From NCBI GenBank assembly GCA_020137815.1, contig CM035359.1, positions 7,936,001-8,000,000 on the forward strand: a stretch of DNA of 64,000 nucleotides, given 5' to 3'. Positions 23,992-36,386 of this stretch are shown piece by piece; position 1 is the first letter of the stretch, and each line of letters begins with the position of its first letter. This DNA comes from Hormiphora californensis. Its lineage: Eukaryota > Animalia > Ctenophora. The notes under the pieces were generated by a model. It saw nothing but the letters and a program-made list of their open reading frames with translations. It was not told the origin of the DNA and searched no databases. A program made the position numbers and the translations under genes.

Positions 23992-25755
23992 TAGGAACCG
24001 GCGATATCGGATTTTTTTTTCGATTCGATCTCGATCTTTTTTGGACGACCAAAATTTTTTCGATTCGATCTCGATTCGATCTTTTGGGGTTCAAAAACTT
24101 TCGATTCGATCTCGATTCGATCTTTGAGTGTTCAAAAAATTTCGATTCGATCTCGATTCGATCTTAAAGGGTTCAAAAAATCTCGATTCGATCTTTCGGT
24201 TTTCAAAAATTTCGATTCGATCTCGATTCGATCTTTGGGGGATCAAAAAATATCGATTCGATCTTTCTGCGATCAAAATTTTTCGATTCGATCTCGATTC
24301 GATCTTTGGGGGATCAAAAAATATTGATTCGATCTCGATTCGATATTTTCCCTGCCCGGGTGGATGCCCGAAGGGCATCCACCCGGATGATCGTTTTAGC
24401 ACGTGTGCTAAAAAGATTATAAAGGGTTTAGAAATCTCGGATTTGAAATAGTAACTCGAGCGTGGTCAAAATCGCGTGTGTCACGGTAGCAGCCTGACAA
24501 CCGCGATGCTGACAATTTTGAAAAGTTCGTCCGCAAAGTTATTTCACTACGGACCATGGTGGCGCGCGCTCAAAACTTGCTGCGCGCGCAGCGCTGTTGT
24601 TCTCACACCTCGCGCGTTACAGCAGAGCGCCGCTATACTACTAAAGTACTCCCCAAACTACTATGTCCCTCACTCGGGTTTTGTGAAATTTCCCACGGTC
24701 ATAACTCCACTCCCTGATGAGATAAAGACTTGAAATTTGTTTTGTAGGAAGAACTCGACATGATCTCCTCACAAAACAAATTTCAAGTCTCTATCTCATC
24801 AGGGGGTGGAGCTATGGCTGTCTAAAATCCGGTCGCGCGCAGCAAGGGACATAATAGTTTGGGAGGACCTTTAGCGCTCGAATGGATTTAACTTCTTAGT
24901 TAATCTGATCGAAACTAAAAGCTCAGCTCGTTAGTATAGGGATCCCTAAAAAAGTTCAGTATTTACACAGCGTTTACACAGTCTTTACACAGTCGTTACA
25001 CCCAGAGCGGCGCATGCTGCGTTTTGCGGCTTTTTCTAAGAAAATATTGGATTGTGTGCTGCACAATTGAGTAAATTGAGCGCTGCGGCGAAAAAAGTTT
25101 CCAAAAACGCTGCAAATCGAGTGCGAAAGACGCAGTCTTTACACCCAGAGCGGCGTGGGCGCTCTGGGTGTAACGACTGTGTAAAGACTGTGTAAACGCT
25201 GTGTAAATACTGAACTTTTTTAGGGATCCCTATGGTGATTGACGGAACGCGAGAAGTTCCTATGCATAGCTTAGTGTCACAAAACATTGTAATTAGGCGT
25301 TGGCGACGACGATCATATCACATTGCACGGTATCATCTAGTGTGGGCGGCGCTTAACAGATCTCATCGCTTATCAGTGAATGTGATCGATTTCAGTATTC
25401 GTTGGCAGGGAAACACAGCATTATGAAACATAATGCAATAATAATTCTTGTTCGGGGTTCAAAAAATATCGATTCGATCTCGATTCGATCTTTGGGTGAT
25501 AAAAAACTTTCGATTCGATCTCGATTCGATCTTTTGGGGTTCAAAAACTTTCGATTCGATCTCGATTCGATCTTTGAGTGTTCAAAAAATTTCGATTCGA
25601 TCTCGATTCGATCTTAAAGGGTTCAAAAAATCTCGATTCGATCTTTGGGCGCTCAAAAAATCTCGATTCGATCTTTGGGCTCAAAAAACTACTCGATTCG
25701 ATCCGATCCGATCTCTCGATCTTTCGATTCGATTCGATATTATCGCCGGTTCCTA
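23992..25755. mobile_element. hAT-like TCGAT MITE, copy 2 (tandem duplicate) containing HINE copy 2 (24346-25452)
   Basis: Same TIRs, same TSD gacgtaac and same flanks as 17942-23811. Confidence 0.88.
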
Positions 25756-27176
25756 GACGTAACTAAGTTATACCGTCATGGTGGTGAAGTTATACCATCA
25801 GGCTCACCAGATTAAAATACTGACTAAGTTTTGGTAATGAAATTCCCCCTCTGCGCTAGCTCACGGAGGGGTAATAATATCGCTTGTACGGCGGGAAAAA
25901 AATTCCTGTGTCCAAACTACAAAACAGAAAGTTCTAATTTTTTGAACATACCGAGGAAATTGTCTGAGCTACCATTACATACCGGAATTTTTTGATATTT
26001 TGGCCATTAACACTGTTTTTGTTTTTGGAAAACTATGAAGATGCTGGAATTTGGCTACAAAAACCTTCAGAAATGTGCAAAATGCCATTCCAAAGGTATT
26101 AGAGGTGGATTCATTGATAACTAAGCTATAGTCGAGTCAGAAAAAATTCCACAAGATTGGAATTTTATGCCCATATAAGGAGTTATGCGACACACCTCTG
26201 TTGTTAAACATGTGGTGTAATCGCTACCGGTCGTTACTTTCTGTAGAATTCAGGCCCTGGTTACTATACAAACTAGTACCATACGTTTTAGATAGGTTTT
26301 AGACAAGTTTTCGATAACTTTTTATGAGAAGGTCCCGTAAATTTTCATTTTTAGGTAGGCGGTATTGTCACCCCTATATGCAATAATAGGGGTGACTTCG
26401 TAACCAAGACTAAGTTTGAGATCTGTCTAAAAATGCGTGGAAATATGGTTTTTAGAGGGTGTTTTCAAGGCAAATATAAGGACGTTTATTTTGGCTATTC
26501 GGGGCCTGGCAAGGCCCCCCGACCCGAACATAACCCAATCTCAACCCATCCCCCCTAAAACAACGGGGCCGAGCCGACAGGCCCTCTATTATAACACATG
26601 CCAAAAAGCCATTCGGGGCCTGGCAAGGCCCCCCGACCCGAATATAACCCAAACTCAACCCATCCCCCCTAAAACATCCCCCCTAAAACTAAAACAACGG
26701 GGCCGAGCCGACAGGCCCTTAATACCAGATGAAAAAAAAACCATAAACCATAAAACCATAACCATAGATATTTTTAGAGTGAAAGTTTTGAAGCCCCCTG
26801 AAGTAGTAGAGAGGTGTTCTATGGCTCGTTGGAAAGGTCTCGAGGTCCCGCGACGTATAGGGGGTGTGGCGATGGCCATACCCAAACCTATAAGGGGTAG
26901 GACGTGAAAAACAGTCAAAATAAGGGGTATAAATAACTCGGCAATTAGAAGGAGTAGAAAGGTGTTCTAGGGTGCGTTCGAAAGCTCTCGAGGTCCTAAA
27001 GTAATTGGAATGTAATTGGAAGTAATTACATGTAATTGGAAGTAATTACATGTAATTAAAGGGTAATTACATGTAATTAAAAGGTCTAAATGACCCCAAA
27101 TGACAATTCAGACATATTTAGACGTATTTGGAGGCCCTGAGATAAAACCATAACCATAAACCATAAACCATAGATA

Positions 27177-27712
27177 TTTTTTCCCTGCCCGGGTGGATGC
27201 CCGAAGGGCATCCACCCGGGATGATCTTTTTAGCACGCACGTGCTAAAAAGATCATTCAGGGTTTAGAAATCAGCAGATCGTGGGAGTTAACTAAATGTC
27301 CGTCCGTCACGGACAACGCCTGACAACGCTCGAGTGTGCTCCTTCATCAAATCAAATAACTGTTGTGATGAAACATGATGTCAGGACGCTTATTTCTCAA
27401 ATCTGTGCGCGGCGCTAACTGTGAAAGAAACCACAAAGCCGCGCACGTTTCCTTATAGAAAATCCGTTCGGCGAAGCGTGTTACGTTTAGTTGACGCTGC
27501 TAACTTGCGATGTCGAACTTGGTGGTTGATGAAATGAGTGTTTGGGCTAGGTACTGTCGAATGCTCGTTACTAAGTTTGAATTAGCGATGTGAGAAGTAC
27601 ACATCGCATGCATCTCACATTACATTGTGACCAAGACTTGATATTGTGATAGTGTGATGATGGAGGGCAGGGAAACACCGCATTATGAATACATAATGCA
27701 ATAATTCTTGTT
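27177..27712 (+). mobile_element. HINE/DINE-1-like element, copy 3, different interior
   Basis: Same subTIRs and 3' stem-loop; inserted in the T-run of gatattttt|agagtg, with the empty site seen in sister units. Confidence 0.85.
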
Positions 27713-30700
27713 AGAGTGAAAGTTTTGAAGCCCCCTGAAGTAGTAGAGAGGTGTTCTATGGCTCGTTGGAAAGGTCTCGAGGTCCTGCGACGTATAGGGG
27801 GTGTGGCGATGGCCATACCCAAACCTATAAGGGGTAGGACGCGAAAAACAGTCAAAATAAGGGGTATACAGAACTCGGCCATTAGAAGGAGTAGAAAGGT
27901 GTTCTAGGGTGCGTTCGAAAGCTCTCGAGGTGCTGAAGTAATTTGAATGTAATTGGAAGTAATTACATGTAATTAAAATGTAATTAAAGGGTAATTAAAG
28001 GGTAATTACATGTAATTAAAAGGTCTGCATGATCCCAAATGATAATTTAAACATATTTTGACGTATTTGGAGGCCCTGATAACCATAAAACCATAAAACC
28101 ATAGATATTTTTAGAGTGAAAGTTTTGAAGCCCCCTGAAGTAGTAGAGAGGTGTTCTATGGCTCGTTGGAAAGGTCTCGAGGTCCCGCGACGTATAGGGG
28201 GTGTGGCGATGGCCATACCCAAACCTATAAGGGGTAGGACGCGAAAAACAGTCAAAATAAGGGGTATACAGAACTCGGCAATTAGAAGGAGTAGAAAGGT
28301 GTTCTAGGATGCGTTCGAAAGCTCTCGAGGTGCTGAAGTAATTGGAATGTAATTGGAAGTAATTACATGTAATTAAAATGTAATTACATGTAATTAAAGG
28401 GTAATTACATGTAATTAAAAGGTCTAAATGACAATTCAGACATATTTTGACACATTTGGAGGCCCTGAGACCAGCGGGTGGCAAAATTTAATCCGGTTTC
28501 GGGTCGGCTGACGTAAAAACTCCGCGTTTTGGTCGAGGTAACCATAAACATAACCATAGATATTTTTAGAGTGAAAGTTTTGAAGCCCCCTGAAGTAGTA
28601 GAGAGGTGTTCTATGGCTCGTTGGAAAGGTCTCGAGGTCCCGCGTAGCATAGGGGGTGTGGCGATGGCCATACCCAAACCTATAAGGGGTAGGACGCGAA
28701 AAACAGTCAAAATAAGGGGTATGCTGAACTCGGCAATTAGAAGCAGTAGAATAATGTTCTAGGGTGCGTTCGAAAGCTTTCGAGGTACTGAAGTAATTGG
28801 AATGTAATTGGAAGTAATTACATGTAATTAAAATGTAATTACATGTAATTAAAGGGTAATTACATGTAATTAAAAGGTCTAAATGACCCCAAATGACAAT
28901 TTAGACATATTTTGACATATTTGGAGGCCCTGAGACCAGCGGGTGGCCAAATTTAATCCGGTTTCGGGTCGGCTGACGTAAAAACTCCGCGTTTTGGTCG
29001 AGATAACTTCTAAAGGAAATAAGTTAGACACTTCTCGTTTTTTTGTATCATGTTGGCATTTGTCTGAGCTTCATTTTCATGTATATAATGTATATTTTTC
29101 CTTTTTTTTCTTTTCTGGGTTAGAGTTCGATAAGTAGGGGGTATTTCTGAAATCCACTGTGCCAGTTTTTCGGCTATAACTTTGAACGCCTGCATGAAAT
29201 CAAACTTCGTAAAAATTTCGCTTTGAGAAGACGCAAAGTGTGGTGTATACCAACTCTTATTTTGGTCCACAATTACAGTGGCCACTGGCCAATGAGGAGT
29301 CCTCCCATGCTCCCCTGGGTTGTTTCAGGCGTTCCTCAAGTTGTTGCTGGTACTCCCTGAGTTGTCCCAGACGATCACTGGGACCTCCTGGGTGCTCCCT
29401 TTGCCGTTCTGGGTGCTCCCTAAGTCGTCCCGGGTGCCTCTAGCTCGTCCCAGATGTCCAATGAGGTCATAGGTTAGACATATCAAACACTAGAATCGGT
29501 AATAACAAGATAAAAATGGCCCAGAGTCATTTACAGTACTAAAATGTTTACTAGATGTTGCGAAAACGCAACGATTGGAAACGGTTCAATCATATACAGA
29601 TTACCTACAACTATGGCTGAGGGGAACTCTAATTGAATGGACGCGCAGTACTGGCGTCCCATCAACCGTAAAACTCTAACTGGATGGAAGGAATGATGAA
29701 CAAAACGTGCGACAATGTCCGTGTGTTTGTCATCGTGCGCTACGTAAAGGCCTTTTTTACGAGCTGAATGTGGCAAATCATGTCGCGCCCTGAGTGATGG
29801 CTCCCATTATCAGTTAGATTTTTACAGTTGATGGGCTGCCATTACTGCGCATGCATTCAGTTAGAGTTTTCCCTAATGCAACTATGGCTAAAAGAATCTA
29901 TTAGCCATAGATGTATGCAACTATGGCTAAAAGATTCTATTTGCCATAGATGCATACAACTATGGCTAAAAGAAATGTGATCTGATTAGATTCTATCTCG
30001 ACCAAAACGCGGAGTTTTTACGTCAGCCGACCCGAAACCGGATTAAATTTGGCCACCCGCTGGTCTCAGGGCCTCCAAATATGTCAAAATATGTCTTAAT
30101 TGTCATTTGGGGTCATTTAGACCTTTTAATTACATGTAATTACCCTTTAATTACATGTAATTACTTCCAATTACATGTAATTACTTCCAATTACATTCCA
30201 ATTACTTTAGGACCTCGAGAGCTTTCGAACGCACCCTAGAACACCTTTCTACTCCTTCTGATTGCCGAGTTCTTTATACCCCTTATTTTGACTGTTTTTT
30301 CGCGTCCTACCCCTTATAGGTTTGGGTATGGCCATCGCCACAACTAGGCAATTAGAAGCAGTAGAAAGGTGTTCTAGGGTGCGTTCGAAAGCTCTCGAGG
30401 TGCTGAAGTAATGGGAATGTAATTGGAAGCAATTACATGTAATTAAAATGTAATTACATGTAATTAAAGGGTAATTACATGTAATTAAAAGGTCTAAATG
30501 ACCCAGAATGATAATTTAAACATATTTTGACATATTTGGAGGCCCTGAGACCAACGGGTGGCCAAATTTAATCCGGTTTCGGGTCGGCTGACGTAAAAAC
30601 TCCGCGTTTTGGTCGAGATAAACCATAGATATTTTTAGAGTGAAAGTTTTGAAGCCCCCTGAAGTAGTAGAGAGGTGTTCTATGGCTCGTTGGAAAGGTC

Positions 30701-31193
30701 TCGAGGTCCCGCGACGTATAGGGGGTGTGGCGATGGCCATATCCAAACCTATAAGGGGTAGGACGCGAAAAACAGTCAAAATAAGGGGTATACAGATCTC
30801 GGCAATTAGAAGGAGTATAAAGGTGTTCTAAGGTGCGTTCGAAAGCTCTCGATGTGCTGAAGTAATTGGAATGTAATTGGAAGTAATTACATGTAATTAA
30901 AATGTAATTACATGTAATTAAAGGGTAATTACATGTAATTAAAAGGTCTAAATGACCCAGAATGATAATTTAAACATATTTTGACATATTTGGAGGCCCT
31001 GAGACCAGCGGGTGGCCAAATTTAATCCGGTTTCGGGTAAAAACTCCGCGTTTTGGTCGAGATAACTATAACAACACAAAACGTTTTTACGTTAATTTTA
31101 GGTATGTACTTTAATTTTAGGAAAGTAACTTTTAGGGTGCATTACATTTCGGTAATAAGGTTGGTAATGAAATTACCCCTCCGCGCTATTATA

Positions 31194-31365
31194 CAGTCGA
31201 ACCCCGATTTACCGGGCCCCGATTTACCGGAACCCCGATTTACCGGAAGTAAAATCTTCCCCCGATTTAGGAAATTAACGGTATATCGCCCCGATATACC
31301 GGGCACCCCGATTTACCGGGCAAAACCCTTTCCCCCGAGCATCCCGGTAAATCGGGGTCCGACTG
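31194..31365. mobile_element. Tc1/mariner-pogo-like MITE, 172 bp
   Basis: CAGTCG...CGACTG TIRs, TA TSD, empty site at about 32850; apparently identical copy at 62629-62800. Confidence 0.9.
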
Positions 31366-32960
31366 TAATAGCTATATGCAATATAATAACAGGGGTGACT
31401 TCGTAACCAAGTAATAAGGTAGGATGTTAGGTCTTCCCAAAGTAGGTACCTTCCAAAAGGAATATTCTCGGGATAGTCAAGGTGGTCTTGTATGATAATG
31501 TGTGGGTGAATGGGTTTACTGTTTTGTATAACACTTGAGAACTACAGTATATATTATCTCGACCAAAACGCGGAGTTTTTACGTCAGCCGACCCGAAACC
31601 GGATTAAATTTGGCCACCCGTTGGTCTCAGGGCCTCCAAATATGTCAAAATATGTTTAAATTATCATTCTGGGTCATTTAGACCTTTTAATTACATGTAA
31701 TTACCCTTTAATTACATGTAATTGCTTCCAATTACATTCCCATTACTTCAGCACCTCGAGAGCTTTCGAACGCACCCTAGAACACCTTTCTACTGCTTCT
31801 AATTGCCTAGTTGTGGCGATGGCCATACCCAAACCTATAAGGGGTATAAAGAACTCGGCAATCAGAAGGAGTAGAAAGGTGTTCTAGGGTGCGTTCGAAA
31901 GCTCTCGAGGTCCTAAAGTAATTGGAATGTAATTGGAAGTAATTACATGTAATTGGAAGTAATTACATGTAATTAAAGGGTAATTACATGTAATTAAAAG
32001 GTCTAAATGACCCCAAATGACAATTAAGACATATTTTGACATATTTGGAGGCCCTGAGACCAGCGGGTGGCCAAATTTAATCCGGTTTCGGGTAAAAACT
32101 CCGCGTTTTGGTCGAGATTCGGGGCCTGGCAAGGCCCCCCGACCCGAATATAACCCAAACTCAATCCATCCCCTCTAAAACATCCCCCCTAAAACTAAAA
32201 CAACGGGGCCGAGCCGACAGGCCCTTAATACCAGATGAAAAAAAAACCATAAACCATAACCATAAACCATAACCATAGATATTTTTAGAGTGAAAGTTTT
32301 GAAGCCCCCTGAAGTAGTAGAGAGGTGTTCTATGGCTCGTTGGAAAGGTCTCGAGGTCCCGCGACGTATAGGGGGTGTGGCGATGGCCATACCCAAACCT
32401 ATAAGGGGTAGGACGCGAAAAACAGTCAAAATAAGGGGTATACAGAACTCGGCAATTAGAAGGAGTAGAAAGGTGTTCTAGGGTGCGTTCGAAAGCTCTC
32501 GAGGTGCTGAAGTAATTGGAATGTAATTGGAAGTAATTACATGTAATTAAAATGTAATTACATGTAATTAAAGGGTAATTACATGTAATTAAAAGGTCTA
32601 AATGACCTCAAATGACAATTCAGACATATTTTGACATATTTGGAGGCCCTGAGACCAGCGGGTGGCAAAATTTAATCCGGATTCGGGTCGGCTGACGTAA
32701 AAACTCCGCGTTTTGGTCGAGATAACTATAACAACACAAAACGTTTTTACGTTAATTTTAGGTATGTACTTTAATTTTAGGAAAGTAACTTTTAGGGTGC
32801 CTTACATTTCGGTAATAAGGTTGGTAATGAAATTACCCCTCCGCGCTATTATAATAGCTATATGTAATATAATAACAGGGGTGACTTCGTAACCAAGTAA
32901 TAAGGTAGGATGTTAGGTCTTCCCAAAGTAGGTACCTTCCAAAAGGAATATTCTCGGGAT

Positions 32961-33408
32961 AGTCAAGGTGGTCTTGTATGATAATGTGTGGGTGAATGGG
33001 TTTACTGTTTTGTATAACACTTGAGAACTACAGTATATATTGCAAGGCAATGTTAACTTGCAATCAGTGATCTGATGGGTATCCTCCGATTCAAGGGGTG
33101 ATGGGTCAAATATCAATGGGATCGTTCTCGGGTCCTTCCGTACTATGGTGTGAGTCGGGTGATGAGTCTTGTGGTAATTGAGTCCAAGTGAGTCTCAGTG
33201 AGTGTCCTCTCCGCTTCGTATCCTCCTTTAAGTATCTCCCTGATTCTCCTCGGTAGACATAACAATTGGTTGTTCTCTGACGCAGGTGTTATAGGAATGT
33301 TACTTTACGTCAGGTGTCATAACGTTTCTCGGTATCCATCCAGCGTAGGTAATCTAGAATCCCCGGAAAGCTATCCAAGATGATGTAATGAAATATGTGG
33401 ATATAACA
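32961..33408 (-). repeat. 3' LTR
   Basis: Direct repeat of 36387-36834; outer terminus mutated (agtc instead of tgtt on +). Confidence 0.92.
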
Positions 33409-34433
33409 CATCCCCTTTGTTGTTTTAAAAGAAAATTGTATAGTCCATGTTGGGCTATAGAATTTTCTTAATGGGCCCTATCGTGTTGGCCAGACGATTC
33501 ATGTTTTTCAAGAGGTCGTGCAAAACCTGTTAATGTTTGTTGATGTTAGTACCTGTATTATTTGTACTGGACCCTTGTGGATAATTGCTTGTGCAATTAC
33601 CTGAATGAAAATTTACGTGTTTGTACGACAATTAATGTTTTTCGAGAGATCGTTTAGAATCTGATGATGTTAGTTGATGGATGTGTATCTTTGTATTGCA
33701 ACTATATTGGTTCCACTTGACTATCTCAGAGTCCCATAAAGTCCATCATTAGCCTGTCAATCCATCCCTGAGCGATGAACCAGTTTTTTGATCCCTCAGC
33801 CGAAAATTAGGTGATTTGTCCAAAGATCGGGGATAACTAGTTGGTTCCATAAGGTAGGGTGGGTTATCGATGACAGGACGCTACAGTAAACCTGCAGTAG
33901 CGATTTATCGTTTCCTGGAGTTCTCCTTCTCCTCCGTCCTTCTCCTCTCCTTTTCTTGCCGGTATCTCTTCAGCTCTTCTTTCTCGCTGCTTGAATAAAT
34001 AGGATCAGCTAACCCAATCTTGGTTAGTGCATCCTCTATCCCCTTCGGCTTCTTCAACGGCCGTCCTGGCACGTTGAATTTCGGTTTGTCCTTGACTTGA
34101 TTCATGGACGTAGTAGGTGGCTCTAAATCCGGTACCACCTCTGGTTGAGTCTCCACCTCAGGATGACTCTCAACCGTGGGCTGCGTGTCTTCCGTGACTG
34201 GTTCTGGAGTCTGCTCTTCTGTCGCAGTAATATCCAAAGCATCCAGAAACTCATCAGCTCTGCTCTCGTTTTCCGATTCCGCTTCCACTGGTGCAGGAAT
34301 CACTGGCTGTATTGGGGGTGGCAATTGTTCTTGCCTTTACTTGGTTCCCCTCCCAGTGTTTCGTAGTTTAATCTCTCTGTAGTCTTCCTCTTTCTCCCTG
34401 ACTTCCGTGTCGGTGCTGTGGGTGTAGAACTCT

Positions 34434-35360
34434 CTACTGGAGTAGGAATAATGTTCTGCCGGGTGTGGGCAGTAGATTGATCCTTTGTAGATTTGGACGA
34501 TGTGTGTAGATGATCGGTTGATTCCTTGTAGGTGTAGGGAAATCGTCATCATCACTATCCGAGTCAGAGTCCGTGTCATCTACGCCTGATGGCGCTGAAG
34601 TAGGAGCTGTTTCATAGTCGCTTTCCTTCGGGGTGTCCTCAGACTGGAGATTCGTGTTTTTCTCAGTTGGAGAAAATCTGTTGGTTTTGTAACGCTTCAT
34701 TTTTTCGATGTTGACTAGTTTTTGTGAGTCACCAATTTTCACCATGTAGTTGTGGTTAGATAATTTTTCTGTGATCAGGTATGGACCTTCAAATCGTGGT
34801 AGCCATTTGTGTTGGTTTGGTTTTATGAGAAGCATGCAATGTTGTCCTTTTTCAAAATATGGACCTTTGATATGTTTATCATATGCTGCTTTCATATGTT
34901 TTGCCTTTTCTTGTATGGCGTGTATCACATTTCGTGAGATTGTTTGTTTTGCAACGTCTATACGCATATCAAGTTGCTCCATTAAATATGTACCAGCCAG
35001 TATGTCATCCGGTAGATTGTCCATTACAATGAATTTTTGTACGACCTCTGTTTTGGCTACTGATATTTTTAAGTAAATTTCGCCTTTAGTTAATAACTTC
35101 AGGTTTGATAGACCCTTTGTAGCTATTGTAGCTGTAGGTTTGATATGGTTCAACATGTTTAGTTGGTGTATGATCCGTGTGCTGATCAGACTTGCTCCTG
35201 CTCCGGTGTCAAGGAACATGTTAAAAGGTTTGTTTGACACATATGCTGTCACAATTAGTTGTTTTGATTCGTTGTTAGGGGTAGAGTTGCAAGAGTTATT
35301 GTGCCTCTGTGTTTGTTTGAGGGAATTTATTGTACTAGAGTTGCAACCCTGTCTTAGTTT
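34434..35360 (-). CDS. Aspartic protease fused in frame to the integrase C-terminal GPY/F region
   Basis: FLDTGA and ILAG protease motifs, then MKAAYDK...KWLPRFEGPYLITEKL; no YxDD, RNase H or DDE core between them. Confidence 0.85.
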   Translation of the reverse strand, partial: KLRQGCNSSTINSLKQTQRHNNSCNSTPNNESKQLIVTAYVSNKPFNMFLDTGAGASLISTRIIHQLNMLNHIKPTATIATKGLSNLKLLTKGEIYLKISVAKTEVVQKFIVMDNLPDDILAGTYLMEQLDMRIDVAKQTISRNVIHAIQEKAKHMKAAYDKHIKGPYFEKGQHCMLLIKPNQHKWLPRFEGPYLITEKLSNHNYMVKIGDSQKLVNIEKMKRYKTNRFSPTEKNTNLQSEDTPKESDYETAPTSAPSGVDDTDSDSDSDDDDFPTPTRNQPIIYTHRPNLQRINLLPTPGRTLFLLQ

Positions 35361-36277
35361 AAATGATGTTTCTTGTTGCAGTTGGCGATGAAGTGCCCAT
35401 TTTGGCCACAATGGTAGCATTTTCGTGAGTTGCTACTGCGTTGATCGTTGTATCCTCTGTTAGGGTGGGGTGATTTGTTTCGATATCGGTCTTTGCTACT
35501 GGATCTGCTGTTGTTGTGATATCTCTGAGAGTTGTATCTTCCCCTGCTGTCGCTTCTGCCGTAGTTTCTTCTAGGACTGTTGCTTCTTTCTCTGTGGTAG
35601 CTCCTTTCTCTGCTGTAGTTCTGATCTGTTGTAACTTGTTTAATTTCTTGTTCCTCTGTGCTGAAGTTAGGCGTTTCACTTTGTTTGATCAGCGTGTCCA
35701 CTGATTCGAGATGTTTTGCAAGTCTCATAGCTTCCTCAAAAGATCCGCAGACTGCTTCGTTTAGCTTTCTTCTGACTGACGTGTCTCTCAGTCCTCGTAG
35801 TAGCACAAGTAGTGCGATGTCCCCAGCGTGTTCAACTGCTCCATATGCTGCTCTCGCCTTCTGCCTGATGTCGTTGCAGAACTGTGTGATGTTATCATTT
35901 GGCCCTTGTTTCAATTTCATGAGCTGTTGTTTTATGGACGTTTGTGTATGTCCCAAGTATTCTTCTTGCAAGATCTCGCATAGTTTCTGTGCGTCAATTT
36001 TCTCTCTTTCGGTTAAACTTTCCACCACAGTTTTTAATGTAATGTATGTATCATCATCGACACAAAACATGAATAGTTTGTCAAGATTTGACCGTTTGTT
36101 TGACATTTCTACGTAGTCTATGAATCGTTCACAGAATGTGTTAAAATTGTCACCAGTTTTAAATTTTGGTGCCTTAGTATTCCATGTGTTGTTATTGGAA
36201 TCGATGTTATCAGTTTTCATGCCTTGTTCGGCCATTTTCATTTGTGTTTTTTCCATCTCTAGTTTTAGTTCGAGCAT
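35354..36277 (-). CDS. gag: Gag with CCHC zinc knuckle
   Basis: KAPKF...LKQGPNDNITQF capsid-like segment, Arg/Ser-rich linker, CYHCGQNGHFIANC. Exact start codon uncertain. Confidence 0.88.
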   Translation of the reverse strand: MLELKLEMEKTQMKMAEQGMKTDNIDSNNNTWNTKAPKFKTGDNFNTFCERFIDYVEMSNKRSNLDKLFMFCVDDDTYITLKTVVESLTEREKIDAQKLCEILQEEYLGHTQTSIKQQLMKLKQGPNDNITQFCNDIRQKARAAYGAVEHAGDIALLVLLRGLRDTSVRRKLNEAVCGSFEEAMRLAKHLESVDTLIKQSETPNFSTEEQEIKQVTTDQNYSRERSYHRERSNSPRRNYGRSDSRGRYNSQRYHNNSRSSSKDRYRNKSPHPNRGYNDQRSSNSRKCYHCGQNGHFIANCNKKHHLN

Positions 36278-36386
36278 TTTTAAGCTTTTTGTTCTTCAGA
36301 CATTGTTCAATGTTTACAAATGCGTTATGGTTTGAAATGTTTAATATGTTTAAAACGTGTTGGTTCGTTTGTATTCAGGCTCCACT

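Larger units (their letters stand above)
26740..32724. repeat. Interrupted array of a ~390-470-bp repeat unit with variable (ACCATA)n ends and GTAATTACAT micro-repeats
   Basis: About six forward units plus inverted partial units share the gtgaaagttttgaagcccc...taattacatg core, the longer ones extending to ggtcgagata; unclassified. Confidence 0.85.

Noticed and set aside
17960-25740. CRISPR-like periodicity of TCGATTCGATC repeats with variable spacers
   Set aside because: Spacers are short and related to each other, the array sits inside hAT-like TIRs with a TSD, there are no cas genes, and the context is eukaryotic.
26437-32481. Recurring 63-aa MKVLKPPEVV... and antisense ORFs
   Set aside because: By-products of the repeat unit; GTG starts, variable ends and no domain signal.
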